Origin: Paragordius varius | Lineage: Eukaryota; Animalia; Nematomorpha | DNA: 64,000 nt | Assembly (NCBI GenBank): GCA_964247055.1 | Contig: OZ176051.1 | Location: 5,332,001 to 5,396,000, forward strand | Direction of reading: 5' to 3' | Shown: positions 11,701-22,600 of the stretch, piece after piece | Layout of the letters: each line of letters begins with the position of its first letter | Position numbering within the stretch: the first letter of the stretch is position 1 | Made by a program: the position numbers and the translations under genes | The notes under the pieces: model-generated | Told to the model about the DNA's origin: nothing | The model's database searches: none | What the model saw: only the letters and a program-made list of their open reading frames with translations

Positions 11701-14700
11701 GAATGGCCTAAAATTAAGCCTTTTGGAGGTATATATATACTATAAATTAATTTATCATATATTTTCTTTTGTTAAAATATAATTTTAGAGTTTTAAAGAC
11801 ATTATAAAATTTATTATCACTTTGGGTTGTTTTTTAAATTTAATGAATTTTGGTATATAAAAGGATGTTATAATTTTCCATAAAATGGCTAATAAAATCA
11901 GTAATTATTTGCTTATGTCGAATATAAAGTTAATATAACAAACTTTATTATATAAATTATTTCTTTTTTTTGGTTTTTTTTCAAGTTTAGGGATTCCCTT
12001 CTAAATATAAAATTTATTAGACTTTGAGATTGATGGAGATAATCCAGACCATTTATCCTTGATATATGATCAAAGTACCGTGCGGGCCAAAGAATATAAT
12101 ATACAAGGAGTTACTCTTCAATTAACACAAGGTAAATTACAGTAAAAATTGAAATTTTACGGACAAAACATAAAAATATTAAAACAATATTTTTTTAATT
12201 TTCTTTTTTAATTATAACTCATTGTTTAAAATTGCAAAGTATTTATTTTACAGTGGTAAGTAAATATTTTATATAAGATAAATAAAGATTTACAAAAGTA
12301 TGGTTGCCTTTTAAAAAAAAATTTGTATTTATATTTATACGTTTTGTCCGTATAATTCAATTTTTACTGTGTTATATTTCTAAGTTGTACTTTTATTTGA
12401 TAAAATATTTTCCACGGTAAAAATTAAAATTATACGACGGATATTTTTTTAAAAAAAAGATGTTTTTTTAGCACAAAATACAATAGAGATGTAAATTGTT
12501 AATACATTTAATTATATAATTCAAATATAGCTTTGGAAAGATTAATTAAGGTTCAAAAAAGTATGGTTGTTTTATACAAATAATTTTTCCAGTTTTTACA
12601 CTTTCTTTATAAATATAATTTACTCTATTTTTTATTTTTTGATATTTTTAAGGGGTCATAAAGAGACTTATCCCTGCAGTAGCAACGACAAATGCCGTCA
12701 TAGCTGGTATATAATTTTATTATTTATCAGGGATTTATAAACTGCGCAACTGTTTTCGGTTAAAATAAAAAATTTAAAAATGTTTTTTTGGAATTGTTTT
12801 ACAAGGTTTTAGAATTCCAAATGAATAATTTTGTTGTCTTAATTTCTGTTACTTTTAATAAATTTATTTAACTTTCGCAGTTATACCACTAAAATTAAAA
12901 TATTAATTAAATACATAAAGAGTAAAAGACAAATTTTTTTATTTTACAAACTAATTGCTAAACCTAAAGAGATTTAAATTATTAATCTTATTTAAACAAT
13001 AGTTGTTGGTTAAATTGAATTTAAGGGTCCAAAAAATTCGTTTTTTATCATAAAATAATATTATTCTTTATTTTTTATGTTTTTTAATCTAATTTTTACT
13101 CTATATTTTTAGCTATGTGTGCAATAGAAACATTCAAAATAGCTACCAAGTATATCTTATAAAATATTTCTTAGAAATAGGATTTTATTTATAATTTCTT
13201 ACAATGATCTATAGTATAAGTAAAAAAATGTTAAATTTTTTAAAATAACTAATTTATTAACTAATATCAGCATTTATTATACGGACAACAATTTTTTATC
13301 AAGAAACGTATTAGGATATAAGTAACATGTCCCGTTACGATCTTTAATATATAAAAACAGTAATCCCTAAAAACAATCGGGGAACAATAATATTTAAACC
13401 TAAATGACCACATTGTATAATTTTATTTTATTTTTCAAATTTTTATTAAAAAAAGTTTTATCCTATATCAAGTTGCGATATAAACAAATTTACCTAAAAT
13501 AAGGCAATGATGAGACATTATATTTAACATCTTAATTGTTAATTATTGAATTTATAAATTAAGGAAAAATTATCCACATAATAATTATGTTTTAAATAAA
13601 ATCAATATACGTGATTTTAAATAGATTTATTTTATTGTTGGCATTATAAAATGTATAGTTCTGAATTAGTTAAGTCATATTGTTTTATAATATCTTATCA
13701 ATTTTTTATTTTAATAAATCCAAGATGTTTTGGTTGAAACTATATAATAATAGGGAATTTTTTTAAAAAAAATGCAAATTACGTAATTATGGTGTGTCTT
13801 TATAGATAGATTGTAGAGACATATTTATATACTTTAACAAAATATGTATAATTTTATTGTTTTTTGGTTCATATTATTAATAAAAGGTATTTGCCTTTTA
13901 TTATTCTGCTCAAAAAAGGTTATGTAAATTTTATTTTTCTTTTAAAAAGCTGTTTTCCGTTGGTTAACAATTATCTTTTCAACGATACAGACGGTGTTTA
14001 TGGATATGCATATGCCACAGAAAAGCGTGAAGTTTATTTTAGCTTGCATTGAAATACGGACAAAACGTAAAGAAAAATATTTTTTTCTAAAAGACAACCA
14101 TACTTTTAAAACCTTAATTTTTTGAAATATAACTCATCTTTTTGAGTGGAAAAATAAAAAATAGTGGAGTTAATTGGTAACATTTAATTTATAAATTTCA
14201 AAATTGTAATGAAGTTTATGTAAAAACTATCACAGTTTGAAAAATATGGTTGATTTTCAGATCAAAATATTTGTCTTTTATTTTTACGTTTTGTTCGTAT
14301 AATTTCAATTTTTACTGTAAATTTATTTTTTTTATTTCTACCCAAATCTCAGATATAAATTAATAAAATCATGAGTCAGAATTACGAACAATTTCAAAAT
14401 ATAAAATTTTAAGCATTATGTGTCTGAATTAAAAATCGCCTTTTAATTCTAAAATTTAATTTATATTATTTAGGATTGCTTAGCATGTGGTCATAAGGAA
14501 TTATATTTATCATTCAAGCCAACAGATAACATAAACGACATAATACAACACCTAAAAGAAGATCAAACCTTGTATAAATTAATATTATTATACTTTTTTT
14601 AGCAATAAAATTATTGAATATTGTTTCTATTTGATAGCCAATTAAAATCTCCATCTCTATATACGCACATTGATGGAAAACCTAAAACATTGTATGTATC

Positions 14701-15105
14701 AGATGTCAAAGATTTGGAATGTAAAACACGCTCTAATCTGCAAAGTTCTTTGCAAGGTAATAAAACACATACTTTTTAACAATATTTTTTTTATTTTTTA
14801 AATAATTTTGCATTTTTTTATTTTCTATATACATCAAAAGATTTCTTAATTAAATATTATTTGATTTAATATATATTATTATTATTAATAATACAAGTTT
14901 TTAAAGATTTAGTAACTTGTTAAAATTTTTAAATTAATTTAAATAAGCTTCTTATTAAATATGGATGGATAAAATAGATTTAAAACTTGAAGATAATGCA
15001 GTATTAGAAGTGATGGATGTAACATCCCCCAGACCGCTTTTATTTCGATTAAAATTCTGTCATGAACTCAAAAATGGAGATCATTTATTTTCAAACACAA
15101 ATTAA
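8764..15105 (+). CDS. UBA3: NEDD8-activating enzyme E1 catalytic subunit, 14 exons, 440 aa
   Basis: Exons 8764-8841, 8865-8945, 8967-9049, 9074-9198, 9222-9286, 9631-9789, 11626-11728, 12021-12131, 12653-12706, 13113-13149, 13950-14031, 14474-14571, 14638-14756, 14978-15105 splice in frame with GT-AG. Motifs [57 protein letters not shown], catalytic [29 protein letters not shown]. Confidence 0.96.
9850..10450 (-). mobile_element. Degenerate non-LTR (RTE/L2-like) reverse transcriptase fragment in UBA3 intron 6
   Basis: Minus-strand remnants [29 protein letters not shown] and [12 protein letters not shown] resemble LINE RT motifs (GRST.D.IF, FIDLEKAFD, GVRQGCPLSPLLF), with stops. Confidence 0.65.
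10600..10900 (+). mobile_element. LINE (RTE-like) 3' ORF fragment
   Basis: Remnant resembling [29 protein letters not shown] matches the LINE C-terminal LTYGSETW motif. Confidence 0.55.
12140..12369. mobile_element. Tc1/mariner-type MITE, family A
   Basis: Long imperfect TIRs cagtaaaaattgaaatt(t/a)tacggacaaaac..., TA on the left flank. Same family at 14055, 33452, 35439, 43684, 47058 and 60619. Confidence 0.75.
14055..14317. mobile_element. MITE family A, left end truncated
   Basis: tacggacaaaacgt...gttttgttcgtataatttcaatttttactg followed by ta. The paralogous copy at 35439 has both ends. Confidence 0.7.
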
Positions 15106-16039
15106 ATAATTTGATATGTTTTATTATTATTATCATACAATTTATTTGCAACATTTGTAAATAAGTATTTATGTATAAATAAATAATTCATAAATCTTAT
15201 ATTTTATTTAATAAATAAATATTGACTATTTCTGGTTTTTTTGTAATTATATAAATGTAAATATATGAATGTGATGAGCGTGGGTGACATACTGTCATAA
15301 TTGCATATTAATTAAATCATTCAAAATAAATATAATTTTGCTAAAAAAATAAATTTACACAGGGTTTTATAAATAAGATTTCTGTAATACAACTCTATAA
15401 ATATAAATTATGTTGATATATTATTGTTTGGCTATAAATTATATTTATTGTTGATATAACATTTAACTGATTTTTTGAGCATTCATGCATTTCAATTTGG
15501 CATTGGGTATTCATCTGTACACATATCGCTCCTTTCATTTTCTGATATAATATCGCCTATTTATCAACAGATTTAAACAGAATATGTTAAGCTTTAATAA
15601 ATTTAAATAATAAAACATATTTTATATCCATAATTAATCTGTAATAAAAGAGCGATAATTATAAACTAATAATGTTAATAGTTTTAGGACCTATTTAATA
15701 TATCATTTACACCTCAAATTCATTCATAAACGTTTAAATGTATTCTCGAACATTACAAATGTATCCTTTCCAAAATAAATTGTTTTTCATATTATAAATT
15801 ACCTATATTTATATTTTCAAAAAATGAAATTTTGCTTAAATAACATAATACACAAAAAATAATATTATAAAATATGGGACTTTATAATAAGTGAAACTTT
15901 TTACCGTCTTTAAAACAGATTCTTTAAACAAGCTATACTTCGGTAATTAATGTTTTTTACAGTTTCTCCAAAAACATTAATTGTCATAATATCGTTATTA
16001 ATAAAAATGTTTTTTTTAAAAAAAACTAAAATCTTTAAC

Positions 16040-17110
16040 CATTTTTCCAATCATAACGACATATGGGCCGAGGTATTTGTTACATGATATAATATCCAGG
16101 ATGCGTATATACCAAAAAATAGCGGAAAGCGCTAAGAAAAACCTACCCCAAATCAAACAAAATTTGACACGATGCACGAAATCAAGGGTTAAGGGGAAAA
16201 TCTTGTGTTTACGATAAGCATTCCATGTCCGTATATACAATTCGTTAAGGCTAAAACAAAAAAATTGTTACAATATGATTAAAAATAAATGCTCTGGTTT
16301 TTTATAAAATATGGTCAGATAGCATTTTAGAATGTTAATAGAAATTTTATGACTGGAAAACAGGTAAAAGCGAAATATATTTTTTATGCATTAAAGGCAA
16401 TTTTATTGCTCTTTACTGTAAATGCTACCCTGTATATATAGATGGCTATGAGATTAAATTACAAACATTTAATAAATTTTTTTGGCAATATATTAAACAA
16501 TAAAGTTACTTTATATCTGCGGCCATTTTAAACATAAATCCAAACATAAAGAGTATGAAAGCACATAAGCACAGGATATTCCAAAGATTGCTAAACCTGT
16601 TAATAAAATTATAAATTATATTTATAAATAATCTGTAAATATATACATTTCATGAAAATTATTCGATTAAATTGTGTTGCAATCAATTAACATAGAAAAT
16701 ATTATAACATAAATGTGAACTAACAATACAAAGTTAAAGCGCTAAATACGAAGAATATTTTATAAGATAATTACAAAAAAATCATAAATATTAATTATAT
16801 TTTTTGATAAATATATATGAAAGGATTTAATAAATTATCTTATTCCTTCAAATTGATATTCTATTATAAAATAATAATTAGCTATCCTAAATATCCCAAT
16901 ATATTCCTTAACATTTTTCATGATTTCATAGAGGAAAAAACTAAAATTTACCATAATTTAGTTTTTTGATTTAATCCTACAGCCTCACTTGCAATGGCTT
17001 CTCGTATCTTTTCACAGGCAAAAGTTAACACGTAAAGTAGAACGAAAATTTCCATCCATGATGAAAATACTCCAATGTGATGTGTAAAGATTTGGGAGTC
17101 CACCAAAAAA
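16040..17110 (-). pseudogene. Orphan TRPM transmembrane exons (S2-S5 region)
   Basis: Exons [48 protein letters not shown] and [36 protein letters not shown] are near-identical to those at 45.2-46.3 kb, but upstream and downstream TRPM exons are absent here. Confidence 0.85.
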
Positions 17111-17149
17111 GATAATTAAAGTATCCATCCTGCATTAAATAACTAGTTT

Positions 17150-17420
17150 GTAATTGGATTAATGAGCATATTCAGAATTTTCAAAATTGCTTATACATAT
17201 GATATTCAGATGGAGTAATGATCTTGTGCGTTCAATGTGCAAATAATATATTTAGGCATTGGATATTTATGTAGTAACCCATAAAATATATTATACTATT
17301 CCACCAATTCCGCTGATTTAATAGATAAAGAGAGCATATAATATGGAATTAATCTGGCAAATAAAAGCAAATTAATTGAAACGAAAATGTAAGGACACGC
17401 CTAGGTGTCCATTAAATTGT
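17150..17420 (-). mobile_element. Possible highly decayed LTR-retrotransposon integrase fragment
   Basis: Minus frame reads MDT*ACPYIFVSIN..FARL...GLLHKYPMPKYIICTLNAQ, loosely matching YILV.ID.F.R and YG.P..I.TDNG. Weak, with stops. Confidence 0.3.
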
Positions 17421-17955
17421 TAATTTCTGTAATTTGCAATTTGGAAAACCAGAGTACATATATGGATGTATTGAAAAATCTAAGCGCCAATGATTACAAT
17501 CAGAAAAAAATTTATATGAGAAGGCTGGGGGGAAGCAAATTTGAAGGCTTTACGCCTTCTTCACCTATGGCAACGAGGGATGGGGACGTGAATCAAGACT
17601 ATCAACCAAGGATTGTTACGTGAATCATGGAGGGAACATAAATCTTTTACGAGGTAAATGTATTATTTAGGTGTAATGGGATAAACTCTACGGGAAAAGC
17701 GTACGTTGCGGAATCAAGAAGCCCTGGACTCATCAAATTCGGTGATATGCATCTGGACGTTTGATGGATCGACACAGGAAGAGGAACCTACTTATTAGGA
17801 GGTAATACTAATTTTTAGGTGTGGACGGACATTGGCACATTGAGGAGGATGGATCTGTTGGGAAGAAGCTCTTGGGAGATACCTGACACACGGCGATGGG
17901 GAGAATGGCAAATCGCGCCTGGAGCTGATTGATGGGAATACTCTTCGACTTGAAC

Positions 17956-18162
17956 GCACAACAAGCTCTCATTATACTTGTGGAGAGTTTTTGGGCCTGA
18001 TGACTCTCTAATAGGAGGATTTATTCCTCCTTCACACGAGTGGGAAAGATCAACTCTTGTTGAGAGAGTTGTTTTCCTCACTCGTGTGTGAAGGAGGATT
18101 AATTTCTCCATTAAAGAGTTGGCCCAAAAACTCTCCACTAGTATAATGAGAGTTTGTTGTGC
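17956..18162. repeat. Long imperfect palindrome (~100-nt arms, ~7-nt loop)
   Basis: gcacaacaagctctcattatacttgtggagagtttttgggcc pairs with ggcccaaaaactctccactagtataatgagagtttgttgtgc (2 mismatches in 42). The inner arms pair with several mismatches and bulges; centre ~18061. Confidence 0.92.
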
Positions 18163-18179
18163 AAAGTCAGGCCCCAAAA

Positions 18180-18235
18180 TCCAAAATTTTAATTTGAGCA
18201 CTCATACTCCCGGACGCTCAAAATAAAATTTTGGA
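18180..18235. repeat. 20-bp stem-loop, followed by a G13 tract at 18271-18283
   Basis: tccaaaattttaatttgagc / gctcaaaataaaattttgga, 1 mismatch, 16-nt loop. Confidence 0.85.
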
Positions 18236-18797
18236 CTTAGAATATTTTTTAATTTTTTTTCTCGCCCTTTGGGGGGGGGGGGGTGTTATATATATTTATT
18301 GATATTTTTTAATTTTTTTCTTAATATAAAATCATAATTACTACAACATTTATTGAATAATTTATATAAATATTAATTTTCTTTTATATTCATTCTTGTT
18401 TGGTTAAGTTATTCTTGTTTTTCTGTCAATTCGTTGTTGTGTCTAGCTTTTGATTCTTGTTTAGTTTTTTATTAGAATATAGTAATTGTATTTAGGATAG
18501 GTATGTTCTGATTCTATAAAATATTAATAAAGCATATATTTATTTATATTTAAAGCCTTTCTCAAAAAAATTTTCACATTAAATGTAATTATTGAAATAT
18601 TGTGAATAAGGCCTGAACCCAAAATTTTAAATTTTTAAAAGAGATCAGACGTTTTTATTCGTTTTTAGCCAAATTGTGGTTTTCAAAAACTAATTTTTGT
18701 GGTTTTGTTAAAATTTATTTTTTATGTTGCAAATTTAAAACCCCAAACAACCAATATATAAATTAATTTATATATTATATATAATATAAAAATAATA

Positions 18798-18880
18798 AAG
18801 TCCTGCGGACTTCTTTAAGCTAATGAACCAACTCCAATCCCTCATTCTAACCCTAGCCCATAAACTCGAAACCCTTAAAG
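18798..18880 (-). repeat. Short interspersed repeat, family B
   Basis: Reverse complement of 29309-29391 (ttaggg-containing body, gggattggagttggttc, gaagtccgcaggactt). Confidence 0.8.
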
Positions 18881-19689
18881 TGCTTTAAACCTAAATCGAT
18901 AGAAATTATAATTTATATTTGTCAAAGTTTTTATATTTATCCATTTCAAAAATACCTAGACATTTTTTCTACGGTGTAAAACACTAACAGAGAAAAAAAT
19001 ACAAAATAATGAACAACAGTGGGTAATTAATTTCAAAAAATTAAAACATTTTTTCCTATTACACATGTCAAAATCTTTAAAATATTTTTATAAGATAAAA
19101 TCAACCAACAACTTTTATATAAACGCCTTATATGATTTTATGTAATAAAACCTCTAAAAATTAAATAAAGAAAAGTGCAATCATTTTACTTTTTGGTACT
19201 AAATAACTTATAAAATTATAAGGTAACCGAAAAAGTAAATAAAAAAATAAATATTTTGAATATTTTGCTTTACTGATCATATGGTTAGAGATTAAAACCG
19301 GCTATTGGTTCGATTTCCTAGCATTAAAATAGAAAATTTTTTATTAAAATTAAATAATATATTATTTTAAAAAAAATGGTTATATATTATTAAACAGTCA
19401 TTTTTATTTGTTTTTAATATAAAAGTCAATTAAATAAACAGCTGAGAGAAATTATAAAAAATATTAAATTTGAATATAAGGCTAAAAACAAACTATTTTG
19501 CAAGATTTGGCTTTTAAGAATAAAATATTTAAGAATATATATGATTCAATATCAATCATTCTAACTAAGGTTAACTTGTCGTTGATTCAATTAAAAAACC
19601 CCACAGCATATTCTAAATTAATGAAAAAAATATAATTTGTGACTAAACCGTTTAAAATGTTGGTTGATGGTATCTGAAAAAATATTTAA

Positions 19690-22600
19690 ATTTTTTGTAG
19701 TGTTTTAAATTAATTTTTAAAAAATGAGCGGATTTTAAATCGTAATAAACAATTTATAAAACAAACTTAGCTGTTTTTTAAATTAGGTGTTAGTCTGTAT
19801 GATTAGTTGTTGAATAAATCTTAGGATTTAGCGGTTTAAAAGTATAACTCAACGGTATTTTAAGACATTTTAGCGCTGTCTATATTTAGCTGTTTCTTTA
19901 AAAAAATTTGTTATGGTTTTTAAATTATTAGCTTTTTCATGAAAAATAGTAGTAATTAAATAAACAGTTTTTAAGAAAAATTTGATGTTTTTTAGCAGTT
20001 TTCACAAATCATTTAGCGGTTTTATAAATATTTAGCTGGGTTTCAATAATGATTAGCTATTTTTAAGAAACTCTTATTATTTAGCGGTTTTAATTAATTA
20101 TTCAACGGTAAAAAATAGCGGTTTTAAAAAGATTTGTGGATTTTAATAAATATTGGTTGTTAAATTTAGTGTATTTTCTATAAATAAAATTTTTTAAATA
20201 AATCTCAACAGTTTTTTGATAAAAATTTCCTATTTTTTAGATATGTGGTTGTTAAATCTTTAACGGTTTTTAATAAAAAGATATAAATTTAAATAGGAGA
20301 TTATTATTAATAAACATTAGCGGTTTTTAATAAAATTTAGCGGTTTTTATGAAAAAATAGGGTTATTGATATATATTAGCGGTTTATAAAACGAATTTAA
20401 AGGTTTTTATCGGTGTTCATTTAGCGTTTTAAAAAAAATATAGATGTTTTTAATTAAAAGAGTTTTTTGATGAACCTCAGCGGTTTTATAATAAAAATTA
20501 GTGTTTTTAAGTAAAAATTAACAGTATTTTAGTATGTTGGCGGTTTTTTAATAAAATTTAGTGGTTTCAAAAATCTTTACTGGGTTTTTAATTTCAAAGA
20601 ATCCTCTCTTTTTAAATAAATTTTGTGGTTTTTAAAAAGTTTTAGCAATTTTTAAATAATAATTTTTTTATTATTTGATGTTAAATCAAATAAATTAATA
20701 AAATTAAAAACTAATAGAATTATTCGTCAAAGTTGTTCCTTCTAAAGTACTAACAGTCAATAAGGCAATCTGTTTTTACTATCAGCCGTTTAAAATCAAA
20801 TATTTATAATTGATACAGCTATTAAAGCTAAACTTTTTTAAATGATGATGACAGCTGTTTTATTAAATCTAATTAGTTTCTTAAATCAACCGTTTTTTAC
20901 AAAAGCATCTGATTAATAAAAACAAGTTATAAATAAAAACAAAGGCATTATAAAAACACTGATTAATTAAAATAACTGATTATTAAAAACAGCAATAAAC
21001 AGATTAATATAACAACTGTATACTAATTTATTAAAACAGCTGATTAACAAAACATGTGGTTAATAAAACCATTGTTGTGATAAAATATTATAAAAAGAAC
21101 ATTAATATAAAACACTTGGGTTTTACTTAAAAACCGATTAATAAAATACAAATAATAATTACCAAGTTTCAAAACATTCGATGTTCTTGATCAGTTTCTG
21201 CGCAAATAACTGAGGCAACTATCATATTCTAAATTAAAAAAATGAAAAAATATATATTAAAATAAAATTTTGAAAAAAAGCCAATATTGTAATTTATAAA
21301 GAGTTGGTATATTAGGAGAATTTATTAATTTTAACTCTTATTAATTTTTGCGGTTTTACAAGAATTTTAGCATTTTCGAAAGAGTTTTTGAGGTTTTAAA
21401 AGATTTTTTGAGGTTTTAAAGTTTAAATTTTTGGGGGTTTACATTTTTTTAGCAGTTTTAAAGAATGCGGTTTTACAAGAATTTTAGCGGTTTTACAAGA
21501 ATTTTAGCAGTTTTACAAGAAATTTGAGGTTTTAAAAGAATTTTAGCAGTTTTAAAAGTGTTTTTGAGGTTTTAAAATTTTTTTAAAGAATTTTAGCAAT
21601 TTTAGAAGGATATTAGCCGTTTAACATGAATTTTACAGTTTTAAAAAGGCTTTTAGTTTTTAGAGAGTTATAGCTCTGTTTTAGATTTTAAAAAATAATT
21701 TTTATAAAAAATTATGCGGTTCTTTTTAATTATCATTATTATTTTTTGAATGTAATCGTTTTTCATTTAATAAATAATTAATAAAAAAATTGATTTATCA
21801 GAATATAGACAGCTGTTTTATTAAAATTTGTGTAAATCAACCTTTTTTTATAAAAGAACTAATTATTTAAAACAACTAATAAACATAACTCATCAATATA
21901 AACAACTGATTGATTAAAACAACTGATTGATTAAAATAACTGATGAATGAAAAAACACCTGATTGATAAAACACCTGATTAATAAAACAACTGATTAATA
22001 AAACAACTGATTAATAAAACAACTGATTCATTAAAACAACTGATTCATTAAAAACAAATGATTATTAAAAACAAATGATTATTAAAAAAACAAATGATTA
22101 TTAAAAACAAATGATTACTAAAAACAACAAACAACAATATAAACAACTGATTAAACAACTAATTAATTTAAACAACTGATTAATTAAAACATATGATTCA
22201 TTAAAACAACTGATTGATTAAAACATATGATTCATTAAAACAACTGATTCATTAAAACAACTGATTCATTAAAACACCTGATTAATTAAAACACCTGATT
22301 AATTAAAACAACTGATTCATTAAAACAACTGATTCATAAACAATGATTCATTAAAAACAAATGATTATGAAAAACAACTGATTAATAAAACAACTGATGA
22401 ATAAAACAATGATTCATTAAAACAACTGATTCATTAAAACAACTGATTCATTAAAACAACTGATTTATTAAAACAACTGATTCATAAACAATGATTCATT
22501 AAAAACAATGATTATGAAAAACAACTGATTAATAAAACAACTGATGAATAAAACAACTGATGAATAAAACAATGATTCATTAAAACAACTGATTCATTAA

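Larger units (their letters stand above)
10988..17110 (+). repeat. Segmental duplication, copy A (UBA3 3' half plus TRPM internal exons)
   Basis: 10988-15591 aligns to 32276-37376, 15587-15860 to 41849-42070, and ~15868-17110 to ~45075-46262. Confidence 0.93.

Noticed and set aside
19270-19325. Box A/Box B-like words (atggttaga...ggttcgatttcc)
   Set aside because: Spacing is too short and no cloverleaf can be drawn.
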